A DNA stretch of 46,727 nt, taken from Reclinomonas americana ATCC 50394. Its lineage: Eukaryota. Positions 15,001 through 24,960 of the stretch are shown here, in pieces; position 1 is the first letter of the stretch, and every line of letters begins with the position of its first letter. Position numbers and translations under genes: made by a program. The stretch covers positions 73,234 through 119,960 of the forward strand of contig PS015194.1 in NCBI GenBank assembly GCA_048213135.1, written 5' to 3'. The notes beneath the pieces were generated by a model. The model did not search any database, was not told the origin of the DNA, and was given only the letters and a program-made list of their open reading frames with translations.

Positions 15001-16763
15001 GACGACTTTTGCCCGACTTCACTGCTGCGCTCCGATGCTGCGTTGGCGTGGGTCGCGGCGCAACGGCTGGCAGTCAACCTCTTGATGCTGGTGTTCTGCA
15101 CCGATGGTCGCTTGATGTGCGTCCGATTCAATGCTGGCGAGGTGGAGCTGGTGGGCGAGGATGCGCCGGCCCGTTTGATCCCGCTGGCGTACATTGAGGC
15201 GGACCGCGTCTTCTGCCGCCTTTGTGGTGACTACCATTGTGTTAACAAGCTTATTTTCCGTTGTGAATGATCTTGTCGCTCACTGCACGTGCACGGCAGA
15301 CGACGGGACGGAGCGCATGTCTCGTGTGCTGGCTGCTTTGTTTGGTGAGGCGGAAACAGGTGGTGTGTCACTCGTTGATCCTACTCATGTTGTTATTGTT
15401 GGGTGTCTTCACGTACACAGGCACTGAAGACGAGGAACAAACGGAGGTCGTGCCTGTTGCTGCTGCTCTGGAGGAGATGGATCAGTCGGTGGCAGTCGAC
15501 ATTAATTTTTGGCGATTGCGTCACAATTCGGTGCAGATCATGTGGGGTGGAGTGGGTGTCCCAGGCGTGTCGTACGTGGTGTACCTTGGAGACGAGATGA
15601 TTGGAGGTGAGTGTCAATGTATGCTCGCCACATTCGTCGCTGCAGATAGGGTGGCTCATTGTGTGCGCACGTGCAGAAACCGACCGACATCAAGTGCCGT
15701 TTAGTTTGCCCGCAGAGCGCCTGCATTCAGGCGCTGAGCTGGCGATTATTGTGCGAGTGCGTTGTGGAGACACGCTGTGGGCGCCGTCGCCTGTGCTTCG
15801 CACTGTTGTTCCGAGTGCGTGACCGCTATGTATATATTCTGTAGATGTGCAGCCTGTGCACTTCCACTCAACGTGACATGCACAGATCCGCCTCCGTGGA
15901 CCTCGGAACGCCAAGAGGAGCTGGAGCGCAGTGCCAACCTGGTGTTGAAATTGCGCTGCAAACCGTCGGTGAAACCGCGTTCGAAGAAGCAAGCCGAACC
16001 ACTGTTGGCCAAGGTGCGCTCTTGCTCTGCGGGAGATTTCTTTGTGTTGACGTGTGTTCCTCATTCGCGCATACTGCAGGCCGCGAGCAGTGAGTGTGGA
16101 GCATACCGCCTGTTGGACGGTTACTTTGAGTTTGTGTGGGTACGTTCTGGCATGTCACCGCCAGCGAATCACATCGTGAGCTTCTTCTAACATCCTTCGG
16201 CAGTCACACGCGACAAATGGCATCTCGGAGCCGGTGCCGGAGGAGTACCACACGTCAACTGCGGCCGCACTGGCTGAGATTGCATACACTCTCACGCTTC
16301 CTGGACTGGACTGTTGCGTTGAGCTGCTCGCAGTTTGTCGCACTTGCCAGCTCCACTCAATCGTGTTTTTTGTGTCCCTCCCCCGACACCTCCAGGTGCT
16401 CATGATGTGGTGCGCTGGGTGCTGGCTGCCGACGACGTTAGCTGGACAGAGATTGTGCAACTGCAAGCTGGTGAGACGGTCGGGGCCATGGCGACGGCGA
16501 TTGCGGAAATCCTGATTTCCATCCGCGAGACCGCGCCTGGTGCGTCCGCCCTTTTGCAGAGTTTAAGCTTGCATAATGTCTTCCACTAACTCACTCTTGC
16601 AGGAGGATCGTGGGTCACCAACGCTCCCGAATTCGTGCGCGGAACGTGGTCGACACTGCGCGAAAAATGTGTCAACCACGCCGGCGATGAGATGCACGAT
16701 ACACTTCTCGAGCTGTGCGACTTTGTGTTGAGTCTGGTGCCGCCACCACCACCACCACAGTAA
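1..16763 (+). CDS. RNF213: RNF213/mysterin-like giant AAA+ ATPase / E3-module protein. Multi-exon, 5' end upstream of the window, with a C-terminal extension carrying ankyrin repeats and an FN3-like domain
   Basis: Spliced exons give RNF213 motifs in the expected order: FIDEENTS (Walker B, ~730-753), NIFFVAAINP, YALPASL, VSIRDLVR, GLKENLFACCVCMEAGLPLNIVGEPGTAKT (Walker A, ~1952-1975), CVVFLDEAGLP, LSNTTLDAAKTNRMIQV, FHMRDF, RNFGG, MLKGQTVVLIN..SLYDVFNRHF..VHRDFRVIV..PLPFLNRFEK. Later come CTD-like LQHIPLLVHF, LVRLQNSM and RHVLGRASI. The last exon (16603-16763) follows a ctaac...ttgcag acceptor and ends PPPPPQ-TAA. An N gap at 4946-5297 lies inside the gene. Confidence 0.9.
13150..13690 (+). 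other. Ankyrin-repeat domain (about 3 repeats) within the RNF213-like gene
   Basis: Spliced: DGLGLLHLAAWHNQADLFHVLVE / NADGMTALHFACFRNAQAVIGALAEMG / EDKRTPLSLAEEGGHVELVGKI, matching the ankyrin G-x-T-P/A-L-H-x-A consensus. Confidence 0.85.
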
Positions 16764-16845
16764 TGTACATCGTGCTGTTTTGTAGCAATTGAGGACGATT
16801 ATCATGATTGTTTTTACCACTCGTGCCGCATTCCGGTCGGCCTTG

Positions 16846-18121
16846 TCACGCAAATGTGCGATGCACCGCCTTTTGCGGTCTCTGCTCTGCAAACGGTGCA
16901 AACTGGTAGCCCTCGTAGCCCAGCTCCGCCAACTTGAGATTGCGCTTGCGTTCCCTAGACAAGAGTCTTGTCACGCGCCGCTCAGCCTGCACAGGAGTGC
17001 GCTCCGCGTCGTGGCGCAGTCGCTCCATTTTCCGGCGAGGCAGGCGCACAAACTTGCGCCCGGCGTTGCGGAACAGATCAGGATGAATGCGATCCGGCGT
17101 CAACAACTCGCACTTCAGCACGCGATCGAACATGATATAGTTGTGCATGGCCTCGGCCGCCAACTCGGCCACCTACAATGACCAGGTAAGCACACGCCGG
17201 CTTCACGAGTGCGCACCAACAAATGACAATCCCGTCACCTCTTTCCTGGCAAACTCGACAAAGGCATAGAAGCGCGACTTGCCCGTTCGCCGCGCCTTGG
17301 CCATGCGCACATTGGTGATGCGTCCAAACTGCTTGAAGAAGCCACGCAGCTGGTTATCGTAAAAGCCGTGTGGCAGATGACCAATGTACAACACTCCGCG
17401 CTCGTCCTACACGCAGAAGGAGAGCAAGACGTACAGAATCAGCACGCTAGCTGTCTCTCAAGCTGTCGCCTCCTGCCACTGCGTAACCTTGTCGACTTGC
17501 ATCGCGCCATCATCGTCTTGCTTCTTCGCCTTGGAGAGAGGCAGCGGCACCACCGCTTCGTCGCCATCATCGTCGTCCTCCGCACTCGCAAGGGCCTTTT
17601 GCAAACCCGCGGGAGCCGGCATTGTCGGCACCAGCTCGACATCGTCGGGCAACTCACCCTCGTCGGATGAGTCATCGACCACGGCCGCCGCCTTCTTGCC
17701 CTTCTTGCCCGGTGCCAGTCGCCGCTTCTTCTTTGGTGACTCTCCCTCGCCCTCTTCCTCCACGGCGACAGCCTCCACCTTCTGCACGGAGCAACAAAAG
17801 GGGGGGCGTGTAAGGGCTATGTGCACATTCACATCATCAACGACATGCCCAGCACACACGCACACACACACAAACCTCCTCTTCCTGCGGCGCATCCTTG
17901 ACAGAGGGTGCGCGTGCTCTCTTTCGTGAAGGCTTGCTGCTTGCGGCGGCTGCGGGAGCGGGACTGGCAGCAGCAGCAGCCTTGGTCTTGCGCGCAGGAG
18001 GCGGCGTGCTCTCGCCCTTCTTGTTCAACGCATCGAATACCTTTTGTGAGGCGGCAGACGGCTCACGTGAGAGGAGAGCCTTCTTCTGCGGGCGGCGCGC
18101 GGGCGCCTTCTTGCGATCCAT
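16846..18121 (-). CDS. NIFK: Nucleolar RRM protein NIFK/Nop15 (60S biogenesis). Predicted exons 18121-17876, 17781-17488, 17406-17239, 17172-16846
   Basis: GVLYIGHLPHGFYDNQLRGFFKQFGRITNVRMAKARRTGKSRFYAFVEFARKEVAELAAEAMHNYIMFDRVLKCELLTPDRIHPDLF is the NIFK/Nop15 RRM signature. The N-terminus is Lys-rich and acidic, and all introns are GT-AG. Confidence 0.92.
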
Positions 18122-18280
18122 GAGTGCTGTGTGTGATTGATGTGTCCCGTGAGTCTGCGCGCGACGTTCCTTCGTTGTTGCTTTCTCCCCTCCAAGTCAA
18201 GTCAGTGGAGCCTTCCGCCCTTCTAACATCAATGTTCTCAAACACTTCCCCACTTCCCGCACGAACGCGAATCACTTTAT

Positions 18281-18985
18281 TCACCATTGCCGACTTCCAA
18301 CTTCTCGACCTCTCGCCGGAAACCCTGCTTGCTGAACAGAGTCAGCGTCGTTCCGGCTGTGTGTCATGCCACCGCACACAGTCAGCGACTCCACAGAACA
18401 ACGAAAAAGAGAGGAGAAGAAGAACAAAGGAAAGCGCAACGTGGAGGCTTCTTGTCGGAGTACCGACTGGCATTCGCCACAGCCAAGCTCACTGCACGGC
18501 AGCACAGGTTGCGCATGTGAATGAGAGAGAATGCAGCGAAATGGAGAAACGCCTTCCAGCTCGAACCTGCTTCCCGGTCGCGCTTTCGCGGGTGCTTCCT
18601 GCCCGACGAGTCCATGACCGCAGTCGACGCTGCTGATCCACTTGCTGTCGACATTGACGAGAAAGAGGAGGCCGCGGCTGCTGCTGCTGCTGCTGCGCCT
18701 GCTGCTGGTGACGACGCAGCGACAGGTGACTGTGGTGACATTGGAATGTCACGCCCTCCAGCAGCACCACTGTACAACTCCAGTGGGTTGGCGGTCACAA
18801 TCACGTTCTGTCGTCGCCGGTGTCTCTCTTGTTGCATCTGCGTGAGCGTGCGGGCGGGCGGGCGAGATGAGCAACGAAGGGAGAGGAAGAGTGATTGCAT
18901 GTGTGTGTGTTGGCAACGCAACGACGATCTCATTGGCGGTGCGTTGCAGCTCGCTGAGCTGTCTGTTGGGTCGTGCAGCGGCCAT
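18281..18985 (-). CDS. Hypothetical low-complexity protein (Ala/Ser-rich, basic RKHPRKRDR motif); exon structure uncertain
   Basis: ATG at 18985 (MAAARPNRQLSELQRTANEIV), then a CT/CA-rich intron ending acgcag, then an exon MQQERHRRRQNVIVTANPLELYSG...GRKHPRKRDRE. The 3' exons are ambiguous and no family is recognised. Confidence 0.4.
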
Positions 18986-19152
18986 TCACGGTGTGGTGTG
19001 TGTCTGCGCAACGACGGCCGGCACTGATGACGATGGACAGGATATATAGGACGCACAAAACAGACAACTTCGACCTCTTCATTCCCGTTCACCCATGCGG
19101 CAGGCGGTGCTCTATAACACAAATACACACGCCGCCTCTCTCACAGTCGCAC

Positions 19153-22100
19153 TCAGTTGTGCTTGCGACGACTCTTCTTGCTGTTGTTTCCGTGGCTGCA
19201 GCGGGCCGTGATCTGACGGACCAGCTTCTCCGCTTGCTTCGCCTGTCGCTCGTCGCGCTTGGCCAGACGGCGTTGGTGGATCGACTTGGCGTCACGAACC
19301 GACTTCTTGGCTTGCTCCAGCGCCCGCTTGGCGGCAGCAACGGCCTTGCGGACTTCGGCGTTGGCTCGCTGAAGAGCGTTCTGGCTCGCCGCCGTCTCCT
19401 GCGTGTGTGAGAAAACAAGAGAGCAAGTGAGTGACAGAGGATGATATGCGTTGTGGGTTCGCTCCACGAACCTGCTTCACGCGTCGCTTCCACGTTGGCG
19501 ACACGCATTCGCACTGCTGTTGATACCGCCGCCGGAGGGCCTTGATTTTGTTGACGAGCAGCTGGCATGGCCGGCTCTGCTGCGTGGAACTTGCTTCCGC
19601 CAAGGACAGCAACGGTAGCGATCCGGAATCACCGTCTGGTGGCGTACCATCGGCGTGCAGAACACCATCGGCAGGCGGAGCGCCATCGTCGGCAGGCGGA
19701 GCGCCATCGGCAGGAGGAGTGCCATCGGCAGGAGGAGCACCATCGGCAGGCGGAGAGCTATCGCTATCATCGGCCGGAGTGACATCGGCAGGAGGAGCGA
19801 CATCGGCAGGCGGAGCATTATCGGCAGGAGGAGTGCTAACATCGGCAGGCGGAGCGCCATCAGCAGGCGGAGCGCCATCAGCAGGAGGAGCACCATCGGC
19901 AGGCGGAGCGCCATCAGCAGGAGGAGCACCATCGGCAGGAGGAGTGCCATCGGCAGGAGGAGCACCATCAGCAGGAGGAGCGCCATCAGCAGGAGGAGCA
20001 CCATCGGCAGGCCAGGCAGCATCGCCATCGGCAGGCGGAGCGCCATCGGCAGGAGTGCCATCGGCAGGCGGAGCACCATCGGCAGGCGGAGCACCATCGG
20101 CAGGCGGAGCGCCGTCGGCAGGCGGAGCGCCATCGGCAGGCGGAGCACCGTCGGCAGGCGGGGCACCATCAGGAGACCAAGCAGCATCGGCAGGAGGAGC
20201 GCCATCGGCAGGCGGAGCGCCATCGGCAGGCGGGGCACCATCAGGAGTCCAAGCAGCGTCGGCAGGCGGAGCGCCATCGGCAGGCGGAGCGCCATCGGTA
20301 GGCGGGGCGCCATCGGCAGGCGGAGCGCCATCGGCAGGCGGAGCGCCATCGGCAGGCGGAGCGCCATCGGCAGGCGGAGCGCCATCGGTAGGCGGGGCAC
20401 CATCAGGAGACCAAGCAGCATCGGCAGGAGGAGCGCCATCGGCAGGCGGGGCACCATAAGGAGTCCAAGCAGCGTCGGCAGGCGGAGCGCCATCGGCAGG
20501 CGGAGCGCGATCGGCAGGTGGCACTCGCCCATGCGGCTGCGCCGGCTTATACGGCTGCGCTGGCTTCGGCTTCTCCGTCGACTTGGGCTTCGGCTTCTCC
20601 GTCGGCTTGGGCTTCGGCTTCTCCGTCGGCTTCGGCTTGGGCTTCTCCGTTGGCTTGGGCTTCGGCTTCTCCGTTGGCTTCGGCTTGGGCTTCTCCGTCG
20701 GTTTCGGCTTGGGCTTCTCCGTTGGCTTGGGCTTCTCAGTCGGCTTCGGCTTTGGCTTCTCCGTCGGCTTCGGCTTCGGCTTCTCCGTCGGCTTCGGCTT
20801 CGGCTTCTCCTTCGGCTTCTCCGTCGGCTTCGGCTTCTCCGTTGGCTTCGGCTTCGGCTTCTCCGTCGGCTTCGGCTTCGGCTTCTCCGTCGGCTTCGGC
20901 TTCTCCGTTGGCTTGGGCTTCTCCGTTGGCTTCGGCTTGGGCTTCTCCGTCGGCTTCGGCTTCTCCGTTGGCTTCGGCTTGGGCTTCTCCGTCGGCTTCG
21001 GCTTCTCCGTTGGCTTCGGCTTCTCAGTCGGCTTGGGCTTCGGCTTCTCCGTCGGCTTCGGCTTCTCCGTTGGCTTGGGCTTCTCCGTTGGCTTCGGCTT
21101 GGGCTTCTCCGTCGGCTTCGGCTTCGGCTTCTNNNNNNNNNNNNNNNNNNNNNNNNNNNNNNNNNNNNNNNNNNNNNNNNNNNNNNNNNNNNNNNNNNNN
21201 NNNNNNNNNNNNNNNNNNNNNNNNNNNNNNNNNNNNNNNNNNNNNNNNNNNNNNNNNNNNNNNNNNNNNNNNNNNNNNNNNNNNNNNNNNNNNNNNNNNN
21301 NNNNNNNNNNNNNNNNNNNNNNNNNNNNNNNNNNNNNNNNNNNNNNNNNNNNNNNNNNNNNNNNNNNNNNNNNNNNNNNNNNNNNNNNNNNNNNNNNNNN
21401 NNNNNNNNNNNNNNNNNNNNNNNNNNNNNNNNNNNNNNNNNNNNNNNNNNNNNNNNNNNNNNNNNNNNNNNNNNNNNNNNNNNNNNNNNNNNNNNNNNNN
21501 NNNNNNNNNNNNNNNNNNNNNNNNNNNNNNNNNNNNNNNNNNNNNNNNNNNNNNNNNNNNNNNNNNNNNNNNNNNNNNNNNNNNNNNNNNNNNNNNNNNN
21601 NNNNNNNNNNNNNNNNNNNNNNNNNNNNNNNNNNNNNNNNNNNNNNNNNNNNNNNNNNNNNNNNNNNNNNNNNNNNNNNNNNNNNNNNNNNNNNNNNNNN
21701 NNNNNNNNNNNNNNNNNNNNNNNNNNNNNNNNNNNNNNNNNNNNNNNNNNNNNNNNNNNNNNNNNNNNNNNNNNNNNNNNNNNNNNNNNNNNNNNNNNNN
21801 NNNNNNNNNNNNNNNNNNNNNNNNNNNNNNNNNNNNNNNNNNNNNNNNNNNNNNNNNNNNNNNNNNNNNNNNNNNNNNNNNNNNNNNNNNNNNNNNNNNN
21901 NNNNNNNNNNNNNNNNNNNNNNNNNNNNNNNNNNNNNNNNNNNNNNNNNNNNNNNNNNNNNNNNNNNNNNNNNNNNNNNNNNNNNNNNNNNNNNNNNNNN
22001 NNNNNNNNNNNNNNNNNNNNNNNNNNNNNNNNNNNNNNNNNNNNNNNNNNNNNNTTCGGCTTCTCCGTCGGCTTCGGCTTCTCCGTCGGCTTGGGCTTCG

Positions 22101-22883
22101 GCTTCTCCGTCGGCTTGGGCTTCGGCTGCTCAGTCGGCTTGGGCTTCGGCTGCTCAGTTGGCTTCGGCTTCGGCTGCTCAGTCGGCTTCGGCTTGGGCTT
22201 CTCCGTCGGCTTCGGCGGCTGCGCTGGCTTGGGCGGCTGAGCTGGCTTGGGCGGCTGCGCTGCCTTGGGCGGCTGTGCTGGCTTCGGCGGTGGCGGTGCT
22301 GGCTTCTGAGGCGGTGGCGGCGCTGGCCTCGGTGGTGGAGGCGGTGGGGGCGCTACCCTCGGAGGTGGAGGAGGTGGTGGCGCTGCCCTCGGAGGTGGAG
22401 GTGGTGGTGGCGCTGCCCTCGGAGGTTGTGGTGGTGGTGGCGCTGGCCTCGGTGGTGGTGGAGGTGGTGGTGGCGCTGGCCTCGGTGGTGGTGGTGGTGG
22501 TGGTGGTGGCGCTGGTTTCGGTGGTGGTGGTGGTGGCGCTGCTCTCGGAGGTGGAGGTGGTGGCCTCTTTGCTGGCCCACCAGTTGCTGCTGCGAGACTG
22601 ATCACAGCTGCATCTTCCTTGTTTTCGCCGTCGAACAAGTGCCCATAGTCAGACTGCAAGAGGCTCCACTGGCCCTCTTGGTCATCGTTGAAGGTGACGT
22701 CGACGGTGTCGCTCTCCAAGGCTGTGTAACAATACACGGATTGGCGCGGAACGCAGCGTGAGCGCGGGAACAGCACAAGGTATGAATGTTTTTTGTACAA
22801 CACGCCATACCATGCCCTTGTAGCGCCAGAACCGTCACGGCCAATGCCGCGAAGAGGAGGAGAAGCAAGAGAGGGTATCTCAT
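19153..22883 (-). CDS. Secreted Pro-rich tandem-repeat (extensin/mucin-like) protein with a basic, helical C-terminus
   Basis: Signal peptide [20 protein letters not shown] at 22883, an intron (gtatgg...acacag), then [26 protein letters not shown]. Repeat blocks follow: poly-Pro, KPAQP, TEKPKP(KP) and PPADGA. Then [25 protein letters not shown], an intron, and a final exon [32 protein letters not shown]...RRKHN-stop at 19153. N gap at 21133-22054. Confidence 0.8.
19665..20520 (-). repeat. Coding tandem repeat, 18-bp unit (ggcaggcggagcgccatc on +) encoding PPADGA, with interspersed DAAW(S/T)P variants
   Basis: Directly visible; tens of near-identical copies. Confidence 0.95.
20560..22215 (-). 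repeat. Coding tandem repeat of 18/24-bp units (ggcttctccgtcggcttc...) encoding TEKPKP / TEKPKPKP; spans an assembly gap
   Basis: The same repeat is present on both sides of the N gap at 21133-22054. Confidence 0.95.
22280..22565 (-). repeat. Poly-proline repeats (P)5-9-R-(A/P/V)-A
   Basis: (ggt/gga)n runs separated by cgctg(g/c)cctc on the + strand. Confidence 0.9.
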
Positions 22884-23475
22884 GCTGGAAAGCACTTGGC
22901 CTTCTCTCACCGAATCGCTTTGAGGTGAATTCATGAACTTTGACATTCGGGCGGGAAATAACGGTAGGTATACAGAAACGGCTACACAAGACGATTTCAG
23001 TGAAGAAATGAAGAAAAATGCTTTTTTTTGCATCTGATGAACTTGAGTCTCGGTGTAAAACACGAAGAATATCCAAGAGGAAATGCCGATCAAAGCTGGC
23101 ATGCGCAGCTGCAGCACCGAGTTCCGAGAATCGGGATCCTGACCGTGGCTTGCCCATCTCAACATTGCCCACCGACCGACGTCAGTGCATGGGTTACGCC
23201 AGGTCCGAAAACATGTGGCTCTTCCACAGCAGGTCCCGATCAACTTCGAATTCAATTCGCTTTAAATTTGCCGCGAAGCGTGTTTCCGTTTTCCATTCCC
23301 GAGTTGCATCAAAGCGCTGCCCCGTGCCGTATGGACATGGCACGCACAGGCCTTCTTTTCATGCAGCCATCAAGGAAAAGCGTACCTGGCAACGGCGTGC
23401 ATACACAGCCGCAAAAAAGCACTGTTTAGTAAATCCGACGAATCAACAAAAACCACTACTCTTATCTTCCACGCA

Positions 23476-24193
23476 ATGGCTTCGTGGCTGTTCGACAAGC
23501 TGCGGGGTGAGTGTTCCCTCCCTCCACCCTTCCCTCTCCTCCCTCCCCCTCTGTCTCTCTCCCCCTTCTCCCTCACACACGCACACACACACACACACAC
23601 ACACTCACTCTCACAGCCTGGTACAACTCCTCGCTCCCCGGTGAAGGCGGACTGGAGGATGCGACCGACCCCGACTCCAAGATGGTGCGACGAGAGGTCG
23701 CCGATGTTGTGGCCCGCGAGGTGCGCATGTGTGCGAGAGAGAGGGAGAGAGAGCATTTTGATGTGTATTTTCTGCTGTTCCTCATCACATTGTGTGCAGG
23801 TGCTGGCCGCACGACGAGCGGAGCAAAAGTTGGAGCACGCACTGACGCACTTTCGTGAACAGTTTGTGGAGATGGAGGAGCGGAGAGATGAGTTGGAGCG
23901 ACTGTACGAGGAGCTGTCGGCGGCGGCGGCTCGCGGCGACGATTCCATCTCGGAGGCCGAGTTGGAGTGGCTGAGCAGCGAGTTCCCGCAAGTGATGGGC
24001 TCTGTGCTGGAGCGCGTGCAGGAGTACGCCGATCGGTTAGAGATCATGGAGCAGAAGCTGGAGGTGCTGCGCGGCAATCGCATCGATGCGGAGATTGCGT
24101 TGCGGGGCACTGGGCTCGAGCCGGAGCGGCAGTGGGAGCAAGAGGATGTGGAGGAGCGTGCGCCGCTCACCAGTATGATGCTCTTGCCGGAGG
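23476..24193 (+). CDS. Hypothetical coiled-coil protein; 3' end lost in the gap
   Basis: Spliced MASWLFDKLR|AWYNSSLPGEGGLEDATDPDSKMVRREVADVVARE|VLAARRAEQKLEHALTHFREQFVEMEERRDELERLYEEL.... Both introns are GT-AG, and the product is Glu/Arg/Leu-rich with heptad character. Confidence 0.7.
23573..23606. repeat. (CA)n microsatellite within an intron
   Basis: cacacacgcacacacacacacacacacactca, in intron 1 of the coiled-coil gene. Confidence 0.85.
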
Positions 24194-24213
24194 NNNNNNN
24201 NNNNNNNNNNNNN

Positions 24214-24849
24214 GGCCGGCCTGCGTGGTCCACGGATGGAACTCGCCCAGCATGAGCCCGCGCTCCACAAAGCGCGCCTTGAGCTCCTGCTGCGTCTCGT
24301 CAATCAACTCGGGCGTCGCACGCGGAAACACCGTAATCAGCGCCTTGAGCTGCACATACACACAAAATCGAACATCGACCCCCATGAGAACACTCTCTTA
24401 CTCTCTATTTGCTTGTGAGGGCGTCCACGCACCAGTGGTCTCGCACACGGCATCTCCTTCTCAAACAGATGCAGCGACTGCATCATCTCACGTCGCATCT
24501 GCTCCTCCAGCACTGATGCACCTCTGCTCTTCTCCAGCGCCACCACGCGCACGCGGATCGCATCCCGACGCATCGCGGCCGGCACAAACGGGCACACCAC
24601 GCCCGCACGTCCCAACGCCGGATGCTCCTTGGCCAGAAACTGCTCAGCAAACACCGCCACGCGCTGCAACACTCCATTCACATCATCATGATCTCCACTG
24701 GCAGCACTCTCCTCGTGCAACCGTGGAGGACGTGCGCTCGTCACGTCCACGGAGAACACCGCGGCGCGCTTGTCAGTGACGAGTGCGCGGCATTCGGAGA
24801 TGGACCAGCCCCATGACGGAGATGAGGAAGTGGAGCGTGCGGCTGACAT
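24214..24849 (-). CDS. DUF6875-like protein (bacterial-type, putative heme-dependent oxygenase). Exons 24849-24433 and 24349-<24214; 3' end in the gap
   Basis: FAEQFLAKEHPALGRAGVVCPFVPAAMRRD (~24570-24655) and LITVFPRATPELIDETQQELKARFVERGLMLGEFHP (24236-24340) match the remembered bacterial consensus FL.xPHPxLGRxGxVCPFV ... LKxxFVxxGLMxGEFHP. An 83-bp GT-AG intron at 24350-24432 joins the two blocks in phase 0. Confidence 0.75.
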
Positions 24850-24960
24850 GTGCCGCTGTGTGTGAGAGAGTAGTCGGAGCATTGGCCACCGCACGACGAC
24901 AAACAACAAAACAAAAAGGTTTGTCCAACTCTTAGTCAGACTGCGTCATCGGAGTTGGAG
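24850..24960. promoter_or_regulatory. Probable bidirectional promoter / 5' UTR region (111 bp) shared by the DUF6875-like and SLC18 genes
   Basis: Lies between the divergent ATGs at 24849 (-) and 24961 (+) and contains an A-rich tract (aaacaacaaaacaaaaagg). Inferred from geometry only. Confidence 0.5.

Noticed and set aside
16335-16589. Apparent end of the RNF213-like gene at TAA 16587-16589
   Set aside because: That TAA lies in a branch-point-like ctaac within a GT-AG intron (16540-16602), and the frame continues to 16763.
19665-21132. Possible CRISPR array or telomeric/satellite repeat
   Set aside because: Units are head-to-tail multiples of 3 with synonymous variation and no unique spacers, and they lie inside a signal-peptide gene.
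19477-23172. Very long ORFs on both strands (1231, 861, 747, 672 aa), including an apparent RS-rich protein
   Set aside because: These are alternative-frame and antisense readings of stop-free coding repeats plus N runs. The frame shifts across the gap, and the real frame is the KP/PPADGA one.
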